Assembly (NCBI GenBank): GCA_937925715.1
Contig: CALAMG010000039.1
Span: 8,992 to 72,991, forward strand
Direction of reading: 5' to 3'
DNA from: an uncultured Collinsella sp.
GTDB lineage: Bacteria > Actinomycetota > Coriobacteriia > Coriobacteriales > Coriobacteriaceae
DNA length: 64,000 nucleotides
Shown here: piece by piece, positions 18,604 to 28,926 of the stretch
How positions within the stretch are numbered: position 1 is the stretch's first letter
How the letters are laid out: each line of letters begins with the position of its first letter
Notes under the pieces: model-generated
What the model was told of the DNA's origin: nothing
Databases searched by the model: none
Seen by the model: only the letters and a program-made list of their open reading frames with translations
Made by a program: the position numbers and the translations under genes

Positions 18604-19860
18604 ATGGCTTCCACCAACTCCAACAAGGGTCGCGCCGTCGTGCTTTCCGCCGCGTGCGTCACCATGTTCTTCATCAGCTCCATCGCGCTGTATTCCGTTG
18701 TGAGCAAGAACCTGCTCGCCGTCTATCCCGAGTGGTCCAGCGCTCTTACCTGGGCTTTCCCGGTCTTCCAGACCATCATGGCCGTGACGGGCATCTTCGC
18801 CGGCCGCATCTCCGATAAGATCGGCCCGCGCAACGTCGTGATCGCTGCCGCCGTGTGCTACGGCGTGGGCTGGTTCATGTCCGGCACCGTCACCGAGCCG
18901 TGGCAGTTCTACCTGTGGTTCTCGCTCGTCGCCGCCATCGGCAACGGCCTGGGCTACAACCCCGCGCTCACCACCGGCCAAAAGTGGTTCATCGACAAAA
19001 AGGGCCTCGCCTCCGGCATCACCCTGGCCGCTTCGACCGCCGGCCCCGCCGTGCTGTCCCCGGTGCTCGCCTCGCTGCTCATCCCGAGCCTTGGCATCTT
19101 TGGCGCCCTTAAGGCACTCGGCGTCATCTTCTTTGTGACGATCGCCGCCTCCGCCCTGTTCCTGAAGGCCCCCGAGGCCGGTTGGCTGCCCGAGGGCTTC
19201 GAGGTCCCCAAGGGCGGCGCGCACGCCGGCACCTTCGGCGACCTCACCCCGGGCGAGATGGTCAAAACCCCGCGCTTCTGGGTCCTCATCGCCACCTTCG
19301 CCTTCGCCGCCACCGCGGGCACCCTGCTCGTGGGCAAGGTTGCCTCCATCGCCGCTGTCCAGCTCTTCGCCGACCCCACGAGCGCCGCGGCCGTCGCCCT
19401 CGGCGGCGTGGTCGTCTCCGTCAACACCTGCGCCAACCTGGTCGGCCGTCTGTCCTTTGGCCAGATCATCGACAAGCTCGGCGCCTACAAGTCACTGCTC
19501 ATCAGCCTTGTCGTCACCATCGTCGCGCTCGTCATCATGTCGATGAGCTTTACGCAGAGCATGTTCTTTGTGGCGCTCGCCCTGCTCGGCTTTAGCTTTG
19601 GCGCCCTGCTCGTCATCTACCCGCCGCTCACCGGTGGCGCCTTTGGCACCAGCAACATCGGCGTCAACTACGGCATCATGTTTTTAGGCTATGCCGCTTC
19701 CACCTGGATCAGCCAGCCCATCACCGCCGTGCTGTATCACGCCGAGGCCGGCAGCGCCGCCTACCAGCAGTCCTTCTACGGCGCCATCGTGATCGCCGCC
19801 ATCGCCGTCGTGCTCACCGTCTACATGATGGTCTCCGACAGCAAGAAGAAGTCCGCCTAG
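18604..19860 (+). CDS. MFS transporter, OFA (oxalate/formate antiporter) family
   Basis: AGRISDKIGPR, KWFIDKKGLASG, GRLSFGQIIDKLG, FGTSNIGVNYG. Confidence 0.85.
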   Translation: MASTNSNKGRAVVLSAACVTMFFISSIALYSVVSKNLLAVYPEWSSALTWAFPVFQTIMAVTGIFAGRISDKIGPRNVVIAAAVCYGVGWFMSGTVTEPWQFYLWFSLVAAIGNGLGYNPALTTGQKWFIDKKGLASGITLAASTAGPAVLSPVLASLLIPSLGIFGALKALGVIFFVTIAASALFLKAPEAGWLPEGFEVPKGGAHAGTFGDLTPGEMVKTPRFWVLIATFAFAATAGTLLVGKVASIAAVQLFADPTSAAAVALGGVVVSVNTCANLVGRLSFGQIIDKLGAYKSLLISLVVTIVALVIMSMSFTQSMFFVALALLGFSFGALLVIYPPLTGGAFGTSNIGVNYGIMFLGYAASTWISQPITAVLYHAEAGSAAYQQSFYGAIVIAAIAVVLTVYMMVSDSKKKSA

Positions 19861-19868
19861 TTTTACCG

Positions 19869-19899
19869 ATGCGACAAAGGGACAGCCCCTTTGTCGCAT
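19869..19899. repeat. REP-like palindrome, family A variant
   Basis: ATGCGACAAAGGGACAGCCCCTTTGTCGCAT, with a compensatory T>C / A>G change. Confidence 0.85.
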
Positions 19900-19929
19900 T
19901 CCACCGGTCACCAGTATTAAGGAGTCGAA

Positions 19930-20970
19930 ATGTCTGAGCTCAACCCCGTCCGCATTGCCGTTATCGGCGCCGGCGCCATGGGCCGCAACCACATCCGCTT
20001 TGTCACCGAGGAGCCCGAGGCCGAGCTCGTCGCCATCGCCGACGCCTTTGAGGGCGCCCGCGCCACGGCCGAGGCCGCCGGCGTGCCGTTTTACACCGAT
20101 CCCGCCCAGATGATGGACGAGGTCAAACCCGAGGCCGTCATTATCGCCACCCCCAACGACCTGCACCTGGGCGTTGCACGCGAGGCCGTGAAGCGCAATA
20201 TCGTGCCGTTGATCGAAAAGCCGATCTCCAACGATCTTGAGGATGCCCAGGCCTTCGCCGCCGAGGCCGAGACCGCCGGCGTGCCCGTGCTCGTGGGTCA
20301 GCACCGTCGCCACAACCCCTTCGTCAACAAGGCCAAGGAGATCATCGAGTCCGGCGAGCTGGGCAAGCTCACCGTGTCGAGCTTCCACTACATGATCTAT
20401 AAGAATGACGAGTATTTCGATGTCGAGTGGCGCCGCAAGAAGGGTGCCGGCCCGATCCTGGTCAACCTGGTGCACGACGTCGACCTGCTCCGCTACCTGC
20501 TGGGCGAGCCCGTTGCCGTCCAGGGTATGCAGTCCAGCGCCGCCCGCGGTTTTGAGACCGAGGACTCCGCCGTGGTCAACGTCCGTTTTGCCGATGGCAC
20601 GCTCGCAAGCATGACCATCTCCGACGCCACCGCCAGCCCCTGGAACTGGGAGGCCACCGCCCGCGAGGACCCGCAGTACCGTCCCTTCGACGCCGACGCC
20701 TACTTTATCGGTGGCACCAAGGGCGCCCTGTCGCTGCCCCGCCTGCACCAGTTCTCCTATGACGGCGCCTCCAACTGGCACAAGCCGCTGCAGATGGAGA
20801 TTCCGGCTGTCGACCCGGCGTTGCCGCACAAGATGCAGCTCAAGCACTTTGTGAAGGTTGTCCGCCGCGAGGTCGAGCCCGTCGTGACCCCCGCCGATAA
20901 CGTCAAGACGCTCACGCTTCTCAACGCCATCAAGGAGGCCGCCGAGACCGGCCAACTCGTCGAGCTGTAA
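19930..20970 (+). CDS. Gfo/Idh/MocA-family oxidoreductase
   Basis: GAGAMG, TPNDLH, EKP, GQHRRH, VHDVD. Confidence 0.92.
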   Translation: MSELNPVRIAVIGAGAMGRNHIRFVTEEPEAELVAIADAFEGARATAEAAGVPFYTDPAQMMDEVKPEAVIIATPNDLHLGVAREAVKRNIVPLIEKPISNDLEDAQAFAAEAETAGVPVLVGQHRRHNPFVNKAKEIIESGELGKLTVSSFHYMIYKNDEYFDVEWRRKKGAGPILVNLVHDVDLLRYLLGEPVAVQGMQSSAARGFETEDSAVVNVRFADGTLASMTISDATASPWNWEATAREDPQYRPFDADAYFIGGTKGALSLPRLHQFSYDGASNWHKPLQMEIPAVDPALPHKMQLKHFVKVVRREVEPVVTPADNVKTLTLLNAIKEAAETGQLVEL

Positions 20971-21138
20971 TGCCTTAAGAGCGGGCCGCGGCAAACTCCC
21001 CGCCGAGCGCCTTGGCCCGCCGCCAACAAGCCCCTCTTCTTTGCCCCGCGAGCAGCCTCCTGCCCGCGGGGCATTTTGCTACCTTGCCGACGATTTTTCT
21101 GGGGCGGGGGCCATTTTGCGCCTCAGCTTGGTTCGTTC

Positions 21139-21298
21139 GCCACGAAATGGGCCTATCTACTACGTTTAACCGATCACCCTCAAGCACGCCGAATTTCGCG
21201 AGATAAAAACCGCAGGTAAACGGCTAGCCGACTTTCGGAAAACCCAGGTATGGTCAGCCCCTACGGGTAAAACGTAGTAGATAGGCCGTTTTCGTGGC
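21139..21298 (+). mobile_element. 160-bp MITE-like element with 29-bp terminal inverted repeats (copy 1)
   Basis: GCCACGAAATGGGCCTATCTACTACGTTT ... AAACGTAGTAGATAGGCCGTTTTCGTGGC, internal AAAACCGCAGGTA; second copy of identical length at 48313. Confidence 0.7.
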
Positions 21299-21380
21299 GC
21301 GGCCCCAAAACAGCCTTTTGGGACGGGTGGTATCCTTGGTAGCCCTGTGCTGCAAACGCACCTTAAACGCAAGGAGTCCC

Positions 21381-23528
21381 ATGGATCTTATCGCCCAGCT
21401 CGCCCACGAGCTCAACCTTAAGGCCGCCAACATCGAGGCGGCCGTCAAGCTCATCGACGAGGGCAACACCATCCCCTTTATCTCGCGCTACCGCAAGGAA
21501 GCCACAGGCGGAATGGACGACGTCGCCCTGCGCGCACTCGACGAGCGCCTGTCCTACCTGCGCAATCTTGAACAGCGCAAAGAAGACGTCATTCTGCTCA
21601 TCGACGCCCAGGGCAAACTTACGCCCGAGCTCGAACAGCAGATTCGCGAGGCCACGCAGCTCCAGCGTGTCGAGGATCTCTACAAGCCCTACCACAAAAA
21701 GCGCATGACCCGCGCGCAGAAGGCCCGCGAGGCCGGCCTGGAGCCGCTTGCCAACATGATCATCATGCAGGCCTCCGCCAAAGGCAGCGCGCTCGACGCC
21801 GCCGCGGCATACGTCAACGAGGAAGCCGGCTTCGACACGCCCGAGAAGGCGCTCGCCGGCGCCGCCGACATCGTGGCCGAGACGGTAGCCGAGGACCCGG
21901 AGAACGTCGCCGACCTGCGCGCCTTTACGCAAAACACCGCCGATATCGTCGTCGAGGCCACCGACCCCGCCGAGAAGACCCCCTACGAGCCGTACTACAG
22001 CTATGACGAGCCGCTGCGCCGTATACCCAACCACCGCGTGCTGGCTATCGACCGCGGTGAGCGTGAGGGCAAGCTCCGCGTGCGCGTGAACGTCGACGGC
22101 GCTGCCGCCACGGCACGCCTCGGCAGCCGTTGGCCCCGACGTCAGGGCGTCTTCGCGCCCGTCTTCGATGTCGCCATCGCCGACGGTTACAAGCGCCTCA
22201 TGGCCCCCTCGCTGGAGCGCGAGGCCCGCGCCAAGCTCACCGTTCGCGCCCAGACCGAGGCCATCAACGTCTTTGCCAAGAACCTCGAGGGCCTGCTCTC
22301 GGCACGCCCCGTGCGCGGCGCCCGCGTGCTCGCGCTCGATCCGGGCTACCGCACCGGCTGCAAGGTCGCCGTCATGGACGAGACCGGCAAGCTGCTCGAC
22401 CACGGCGTGGTCTATCCCACCAAGCCGCGCCACGACGTCGCCGGCACCAAGCGCGAGCTCGCCCGCCTCGTCAAAAAGGACGGCGTCAACACCATCGTCA
22501 TCGGCAACGGCACCGCCAGCCGCGAGACCGAGGAAGTCGTCTCGGAGTTCATTGCCGAGCAGGCGCCCAGCCTTCGCTACACCATCGTCAACGAGGCCGG
22601 CGCGTCGGTGTACTCCGCCTCCGAGCTCGCCAGCCAGGAGTATCCCGATCTGGACGTCACCGTGCGTGGCGCCATGAGCCTGGGCCGCCGCCTGCAGGAC
22701 CCGCTGGCAGAGCTCGTCAAGATCCCGCCCCAGTCTATCGGCGTGGGCCAGTACCAGCACGACCTTGACCAGGCCGAGCTCTCGCGCACTCTGGGCCACG
22801 TGGTGGAGGACGTCGTCAACCGCGTGGGCGTCGACGTCAACACCGCAAGCGCGAGCCTGCTGGGATACGTGTCGGGCATCACGCCGAGTGTGGCCAAAAA
22901 CATCGTGGCCTACCGCGAGGAAAACGGCGCTTTTACCGATCGCCGCCAGCTCAAGAAGGTCCCCAAGCTGGGACCCAAGGCATATCTCAACGCCGCGGGC
23001 TTTTTGCGCATCAGCGGTGGCAAGAACCCGCTCGACGCGACAAGCGTCCACCCCGAGAGCTACGAGGTGGCCACATCCGTCCTGAAGCGCGCCGGCGTTG
23101 GGGCCAGCGAGCTCAGCCGCGGCGGCGTGCCCGACATCGAGCGCCGTCTGGGCAGCATCTCGGCACTGGCCAGCGACCTAGACTGCGGTACCCTCACGCT
23201 CATCGACATCGTTAACGAGCTCAAGAAGCCCGGCCGCGACCCGCGCGACGACGCACCCGAGGTGGTCTTTAGCCGCTCAGCGCTTTCCATCGACGACCTG
23301 GAGCCCGGCATGGAACTTAAGGGCACGGTGCGCAACGTCGTCGACTTTGGCGCGTTCGTCGACGTGGGCGTGCACCAGGACGGCCTCGTACACATCTCCA
23401 AGCTGGCCAACCGCTTTGTCAAGCACCCGAGCGACGTGGTGCGCGTCGGTGACACGGTCAAGGTGTGGGTGGAAAAGGTCGATCGCGACCGCAAGAAGAT
23501 CTCGCTCACCATGGTACAGGGCAAGTAA
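21381..23528 (+). CDS. tex: Tex-family RNA-binding transcriptional accessory protein
   Basis: TIPFISRYRKEATG, DPGYRTGCK, EAGASVYSAS, C-terminal S1 domain. Confidence 0.96.
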   Translation: MDLIAQLAHELNLKAANIEAAVKLIDEGNTIPFISRYRKEATGGMDDVALRALDERLSYLRNLEQRKEDVILLIDAQGKLTPELEQQIREATQLQRVEDLYKPYHKKRMTRAQKAREAGLEPLANMIIMQASAKGSALDAAAAYVNEEAGFDTPEKALAGAADIVAETVAEDPENVADLRAFTQNTADIVVEATDPAEKTPYEPYYSYDEPLRRIPNHRVLAIDRGEREGKLRVRVNVDGAAATARLGSRWPRRQGVFAPVFDVAIADGYKRLMAPSLEREARAKLTVRAQTEAINVFAKNLEGLLSARPVRGARVLALDPGYRTGCKVAVMDETGKLLDHGVVYPTKPRHDVAGTKRELARLVKKDGVNTIVIGNGTASRETEEVVSEFIAEQAPSLRYTIVNEAGASVYSASELASQEYPDLDVTVRGAMSLGRRLQDPLAELVKIPPQSIGVGQYQHDLDQAELSRTLGHVVEDVVNRVGVDVNTASASLLGYVSGITPSVAKNIVAYREENGAFTDRRQLKKVPKLGPKAYLNAAGFLRISGGKNPLDATSVHPESYEVATSVLKRAGVGASELSRGGVPDIERRLGSISALASDLDCGTLTLIDIVNELKKPGRDPRDDAPEVVFSRSALSIDDLEPGMELKGTVRNVVDFGAFVDVGVHQDGLVHISKLANRFVKHPSDVVRVGDTVKVWVEKVDRDRKKISLTMVQGK

Positions 23529-23631
23529 ACCGCCAAAGCAAAGGTACCCCCTGTAGCGATGTGCAAAATCGCGAGTATTCTGCAAATTCCACCGTTCCGG
23601 ATGCCCCTCAGAGACGAAAAAGCAAAAAACA

Positions 23632-23669
23632 GCCCCCGTTTTAGCGTCGTCAGAGCCAAAACGGGGGCC
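23632..23669. terminator. Hairpin between convergent tex and transaldolase genes
   Basis: GCCCCCGTTTT ... AAAACGGGGGC, flanked by an A-tract. Confidence 0.65.
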
Positions 23670-23753
23670 GTTCCATGCTTCGGTTAACTGATAAAGACCT
23701 TTACCTTGCTGAATACTCTCAATTTTGCACGTCGCAGGCGGGGGTACCTTTGC

Positions 23754-24458
23754 TTACGGCAGGATATGGAAACCGAGCGCCGCGATATCCTTGGCAAAAC
23801 CGCGCACGGTATCGAGCGAGACCTCGTACGGGTCGCGACCGATGTTCTTGCGCTTGGCCAGGATGCTGTTGGGCACCGTAATGATCTGGCAACCGCAGGC
23901 CTCGGCCTGGTAAATGTTGATGAGCTCGCGCGTGGACGCCCACAGGACCTCACAGTTGGGCTTGGCGGCGGCCTTCTTGACCGACTCCATCATAAACGGA
24001 ATGGGATCGACGCCGGTATCGGCAATACGTCCGGCAAAGAGCGAGATGATGGACGGCGTCTCGGTGTCAACGGCCTCGACCATCTCGTCAACCTGCTCGG
24101 GAGTAAAGATGGTGGTGACGTTGACCTTGATGCCGTCGGCGGAAAGCTTGCGAACCAGCTCGGCGGTGGACTCGCCCTTGGTGGTCACGCACGGAATCTT
24201 GACGTAGACGTTCTCGGCCCAGGTAGCGATCTCGCGCGCCTCGACCTCCATGGTCTCGACGTCGTCGGCAAAGACCTCAAACGAGACGGACACATCGGTG
24301 ATATGGGCCAGGACCTCCTTGGCAAACGCGCGGTAATCCGTCACGCCGCCCTTCTTCATAAGGGACGGGTTGGTCGTGAAACCCTGAACGTTGCCGTTCT
24401 CGTACATGTCGAGCATGCCCTCGAGGTTTGCACCGTCAGCGAACACCTTGATTGCCAT
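23754..24458 (-). CDS. tal: Transaldolase (small type)
   Basis: FADGA, GFTTNPSL, SFEV, VKIP, FAGRIADTG, LWASTRE. Confidence 0.9.
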   Translation of the reverse strand: MAIKVFADGANLEGMLDMYENGNVQGFTTNPSLMKKGGVTDYRAFAKEVLAHITDVSVSFEVFADDVETMEVEAREIATWAENVYVKIPCVTTKGESTAELVRKLSADGIKVNVTTIFTPEQVDEMVEAVDTETPSIISLFAGRIADTGVDPIPFMMESVKKAAAKPNCEVLWASTRELINIYQAEACGCQIITVPNSILAKRKNIGRDPYEVSLDTVRGFAKDIAALGFHILP

Positions 24459-24651
24459 CTGCCTGATTCCTTTCGTTAGCATACGGCCGATAAACTGCTA
24501 AACACTTTACCTACGTTTATCAAGGCGTGAGCTGCGGTTTTTTATCTTCTCGGCGAACGGTATAAACACCTCAGTGTTTGGATTGATAAATCGATTGAGC
24601 ATGCAAAAGCAAAGAGTCGCAGTTTGAGCAAACGTCAGAACGCGGGATTCA

Positions 24652-25479
24652 TTAGATGAGGCCGAAATGCTGCATCGCTGTGACGGTACCGTCGTGTGCG
24701 ACATCGTCGGTCACGTAGTCGGCGACCGCCTTGACCTCGGGCATGGCGTTACCCATGGCCACGGCCGTCTCGACGGCGGCGAGCATGCCCAGGTCGTTGC
24801 CCGAATCGCCAAAGCCAAAGGTGCGCGCATTTCCCTCGCGGCCCAGATACGCCAGCGCTCGCGCAACGCCCACGCCCTTGTCAATGCCCTTGGGGCTCAG
24901 CTCGCGATTCTGGCCACCGGTGTTGCACAGCTCAAACTCGCAATCGATAAAGCCGTCATCATTGGCTACGCGAGCCAAACTGGGCACATTGAGGCATACC
25001 TTGCCCACGCGCAGACTGCCGTCGACGCGCATCTCCTCGGCGTTGTGCACCACAGAAGTGCCGATCAGAGACGACTGCTCAACACCCGCGGGTTCCAGGG
25101 CAAAAGTAGCCACGTTGGTCTCGAAAAAGGCCTCAATCCCTGCCGCGGCCATACGGCGCGCAAGCTCCTCGATAACGTCCTCGTCAAAGCAGTCCTCATG
25201 CACCACGCGACCCTCGACCTCGAGCGTGGCGCCCGCCATGGCAACGACACCCGCAGGCTCCAAAGCACGCAGGCCATCGGCAATCAGCCACAAGGGACGA
25301 CCCGTGCAGATAAACGCCTTGTGCCCTGCGTCGCGCAGACGATGAAACGCCTCGATCACCGCCTGCGAGGGGCGAACCGCCGAAAAGTCCTTATCGGTCA
25401 TATCGTCGGGATCGAACGACGTTAGCGTGCCGTCCACGTCAAAAAAGAGCACAGCGGGTTCGGGACACGCATCAATCAT
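24652..25479 (-). CDS. Cof-type HAD hydrolase
   Basis: FDVDGTL, CTGR, FGDSGND, AMGNA. Confidence 0.9.
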   Translation of the reverse strand: MIDACPEPAVLFFDVDGTLTSFDPDDMTDKDFSAVRPSQAVIEAFHRLRDAGHKAFICTGRPLWLIADGLRALEPAGVVAMAGATLEVEGRVVHEDCFDEDVIEELARRMAAAGIEAFFETNVATFALEPAGVEQSSLIGTSVVHNAEEMRVDGSLRVGKVCLNVPSLARVANDDGFIDCEFELCNTGGQNRELSPKGIDKGVGVARALAYLGREGNARTFGFGDSGNDLGMLAAVETAVAMGNAMPEVKAVADYVTDDVAHDGTVTAMQHFGLI

Positions 25480-25554
25480 ATGGGTTCCTTTCGAGGATAA
25501 GGGCAAACGAAACATCCATCATATAATGGAGCGACGCAACCAGAGAGGTCACCC

Positions 25555-28113
25555 ATGGAATTTTACGCAAGCTGCCCCGAGGGCTTTGAGTCCGCACTCG
25601 CCGATGAGCTTAAACGCCTCGGGCTTTCGCATGTTCGCCGGCTGAAGGGCCGCGCTACATTTGAGGGCGAGCTCGAAGAAGGCTACCGCGCCTGTCTGTG
25701 GTCGCGCCTGGCGAGCCGTGTGTTCGTGGTACTCGGGCGCTTTGAGGCGCAGGATGCCGATGAACTGTACGATAGCGTTTACGACATCGCCTGGGAGAGC
25801 ATCGTCCGCCCCGGCGCCACCATCGCCATCACCGCCCGCGGCGTGACCGAGCAGCTGCGCAACACGCGCTTCTCGGCCCTGCGCGCCAAAGACGCGCTGT
25901 GCGACCGCCTGGCCGAGACCACGGGACGTCGTGCCGACGTCGATGCCGCCGACCCCGATGTTCACCTACTGCTTTCGCTGCGTCAGCGTCGCGCGAGCAT
26001 TAGCCTGGACCTTTCGGGCGACCCGCTGTTCAAACGCCTGCCGCCCGCAGCGACCCGCGCCGGCGAGGGCACGCACGTGCTGCGCCCCGACTACGCCGCC
26101 CTGGTGCTGGCGCAGGTCGGCTGGACCGCACTATGCGAGCGCGAGCTGACGGCCGACGATTACGAGAACGAAGCCCTCCCCACGCTGATCGATGCCTCGT
26201 GCGCCGGCGGCGGCCTGCTGCTGGAGGCCGCGAACATTCTGACCGACCGCGCCCCGGGCGCCGCACGCGAGCGCTGGGGCTTTGAGGGCTGGCAGCTGCA
26301 CGACGCCGCTCTGTGGGAGCAGCTGCTTGCCGAGGCGCGCGAGCGCGAGGCGGCAGCGCGCGAGCGGCAGGCGCGCATCGTGGCCGCAGACATCGACCCC
26401 GCCGCTCGCAAGACCGCCGAGCGCATGGTCAAGAGCGCTGGTTACAAGCGTTTTGTCGACTTTTGCGCCGCCAAGTCCGCCACCGTGCTGGACCATGCTG
26501 GCGCCGTCGCCGGAGCCGCCGTAGTCGCAGACACCACCGAGACACCGCTTTCACTCATGCACGACGCCATGACGCTGGTCGGCGAGCTGCGCCGCGCGCC
26601 CGAGCTTTCCGCGGCGCCGGTCGCCGCACTCACCCGCGATGGCCTTATGGCCCGCGCGCTCCATGCCGAGCCCGCGCGCTCCATCGCCGTCATGCCCAAT
26701 AACGAAGAGGCAACTATTGAGGTTTGGCCCTCGCTCGACCACGCCGCCGCGGCATTCGAGGCTGCGACCAGCGCAAACGCCGAGGAACAGTCCACGGACG
26801 CCGAAGGCGAAGCCGCCAACACCCCCATGCCCGAACCTGCCGCCACGCTCGACTTGGGCGACGGCAAGCCGCTGCCCGTGCTCGTCCCCGAGTCGGAGCA
26901 GTTCGCCAACCGCCTGCGCAAGAATGCCCGTCTGCGCCGCAAGTGGGCAAAGCGCGAGGGCGTGAGCTGCTACCGCGTCTACGATGCCGACCTGCCCGAC
27001 TACTCCGCTGCCATCGACCTGTACGAGGGCTGTCCGCAGACGCCAGGCCGCTGGCTCGTCATCGCCGAATACGCCGCGCCTAAGACCATCGACCCCGCGC
27101 TGGCCCAGGCCCGCATGCTCGACATCTTGGCCATCGCGCCGCGCATCCTAGATGTTCCCGCCGAGCATGTGCACGCCAAGGCCCGCATGCGTTCGCGCGG
27201 CGGCTCGCAGTACGGCAAGCAGGGCGCCGGCAAGGGTGGCTCGGGCGAGCGCGCCAACATCGCGCGCCGTCGCCTGCCGCTCATCGAAGAGGGCGGCCTT
27301 ACCTTTGCCGTCAACTTTGACGACTATCTGGATGTGGGCATCTTCTTGGACCACCGTGTCACCCGCAACCTGGTGCGCGAGCACGCCAAACAGGCGCGCC
27401 GCTTCCTCAACCTGTTCGCCTACACCGGCACCGCCACCTGCTATGCGGCAGACGGCGGCGTCGAGGAGACCGTGACGGTCGACCTTTCCAACACCTACCT
27501 GGACTGGGCCGAGCGCAATATGCGCCAGAACGGCTTTGTTGGTCCGCAGCATCACTTTGTGCGCGACGACGTGCTCGCCTGGATTCGCGACCAGCGCCAG
27601 ACGCGCAACCGCTGGGACCTGATCTTTGTCGACCCGCCCACGTTTTCGAACTCGTCCAAAATGGGCCGTCGCACCTGGGATGTCCAGCGCGACCATGTTG
27701 AGCTTTTGGCCGGCGTGTCGCGCCTGCTCGCACAGGGCGGCCATGCCATCTTTAGCTGCAACCTGCGCGGCTTCCGCCCCGAGACGCGCAAGCTCGCACG
27801 CGCGGGCGTCGTGTTGGAAGACATTACGGCGCAGACCATCCCCGAGGATTTCGCGCGCAACCAGAAGGTGCACCACTGCTATATCGTGCGCCGCCTGCCC
27901 ATTGAGGACGCCATGGCAGAGGTCGGCTTTAGCGCCGAGGAGATTGCCGAGCGAACCGAGGAGCTGCGCAACCCCGAGGTCCGCAAGCCTCGCGCGGCAG
28001 TGCCCACGCACGCGCAGGCCGGCAACGGCAAGTCCAACTTTGCCGGCAAACCCTCCCCTGCCGGCAAGTCCAAAAAGAAGAAATTCTACGCCAGCAAGCC
28101 CAAAGGCAAATAA
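25555..28113 (+). CDS. rlmKL: Bifunctional 23S rRNA methyltransferase RlmKL
   Basis: THUMP domain (CLWSRLASR), FANRLRKN, YRVYDADLP, NLFAYTG, DPPTFSNS. Confidence 0.9.
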   Translation: MEFYASCPEGFESALADELKRLGLSHVRRLKGRATFEGELEEGYRACLWSRLASRVFVVLGRFEAQDADELYDSVYDIAWESIVRPGATIAITARGVTEQLRNTRFSALRAKDALCDRLAETTGRRADVDAADPDVHLLLSLRQRRASISLDLSGDPLFKRLPPAATRAGEGTHVLRPDYAALVLAQVGWTALCERELTADDYENEALPTLIDASCAGGGLLLEAANILTDRAPGAARERWGFEGWQLHDAALWEQLLAEAREREAAARERQARIVAADIDPAARKTAERMVKSAGYKRFVDFCAAKSATVLDHAGAVAGAAVVADTTETPLSLMHDAMTLVGELRRAPELSAAPVAALTRDGLMARALHAEPARSIAVMPNNEEATIEVWPSLDHAAAAFEAATSANAEEQSTDAEGEAANTPMPEPAATLDLGDGKPLPVLVPESEQFANRLRKNARLRRKWAKREGVSCYRVYDADLPDYSAAIDLYEGCPQTPGRWLVIAEYAAPKTIDPALAQARMLDILAIAPRILDVPAEHVHAKARMRSRGGSQYGKQGAGKGGSGERANIARRRLPLIEEGGLTFAVNFDDYLDVGIFLDHRVTRNLVREHAKQARRFLNLFAYTGTATCYAADGGVEETVTVDLSNTYLDWAERNMRQNGFVGPQHHFVRDDVLAWIRDQRQTRNRWDLIFVDPPTFSNSSKMGRRTWDVQRDHVELLAGVSRLLAQGGHAIFSCNLRGFRPETRKLARAGVVLEDITAQTIPEDFARNQKVHHCYIVRRLPIEDAMAEVGFSAEEIAERTEELRNPEVRKPRAAVPTHAQAGNGKSNFAGKPSPAGKSKKKKFYASKPKGK

Positions 28114-28117
28114 ACAA

Positions 28118-28184
28118 AGTTGCGGTGGAATATGGACTGTTTGGCCGCCAAATAGGCCATTTCCATCCGTATTTCACCGCAACT
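28118..28184. repeat. 67-bp inverted-repeat unit, family D (copy 1)
   Basis: AGTTGCGGTGGAATATGGA ... TCCGTATTTCACCGCAACT; second 67-bp copy at 48525. Confidence 0.8.
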
Positions 28185-28208
28185 CATATTGGGACGGTGG
28201 TTGGCGAT

Positions 28209-28922
28209 CTAGCCTTGGGTGACCAATCGGTAACCGATGCCCACGTGTGTTTGGATATAGCGCGGGTGCGCGGGGTCGGACTCGATCTTCTTGCGCAGCG
28301 TGCCCATAAAGACGCGCAGGCTCGCCAGGTCGCTCTTAGTTGCCGTGCCCCAAATCTCGCGCAGGATAAACTGGTGCGTTAGTACCTTGTCGGCGTTATG
28401 TGCCAGCAGGCACAAGAGCTTGTACTCAATCGGCGTCAGATGCAGCTCCTCGCCATCCATCGTGGCAATGCCGGCATCAAAGTCGATATGCAGCTCACCG
28501 GTATCGAACGAGCCCTCGGAGGCAACACCACCCGTTTGCGCATACGAAAGGCGCCTGAGCGTCGTGCGAATGCGTGCAAGCAGTTCCTCGACCGAAAACG
28601 GCTTGGTCAGATAGTCGTCGGCACCGGCATCGAGTGCGCGGATTTTGTCCGCATCCTCGCTGCGCGCCGAGACCACGATAATCGGCATGCCCGACCATGC
28701 GCGCACCGACTCCACCACCTTGACGCCGTCCATATCGGGCAGGCCCAGATCGAGCAGCACAATGCTCGGTGCCTGCGATGAGGCGGCGGCGATGGCGGCA
28801 TGGGCGGTCTCCACGGCCATATGACGCAAGCCGTGCGCCTCGAGCGCGGCAACAATAAGGTTGCGGACGGCGGGATCGTCCTCAACAACCAAGATGAGCG
28901 GTTTTACGGCAGAGTTCGGCAC
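28209..28922 (-). CDS. kdpE: OmpR-family response regulator, KdpE-like
   Basis: LLDLGLPDMDG, GADDYLTKPF, LRVFMGTLRKKIESDPAHPRYIQT; GTG 28922 with AAGGAG RBS. Confidence 0.88.
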   Translation of the reverse strand: MPNSAVKPLILVVEDDPAVRNLIVAALEAHGLRHMAVETAHAAIAAASSQAPSIVLLDLGLPDMDGVKVVESVRAWSGMPIIVVSARSEDADKIRALDAGADDYLTKPFSVEELLARIRTTLRRLSYAQTGGVASEGSFDTGELHIDFDAGIATMDGEELHLTPIEYKLLCLLAHNADKVLTHQFILREIWGTATKSDLASLRVFMGTLRKKIESDPAHPRYIQTHVGIGYRLVTQG

Positions 28923-28926
28923 AGCG

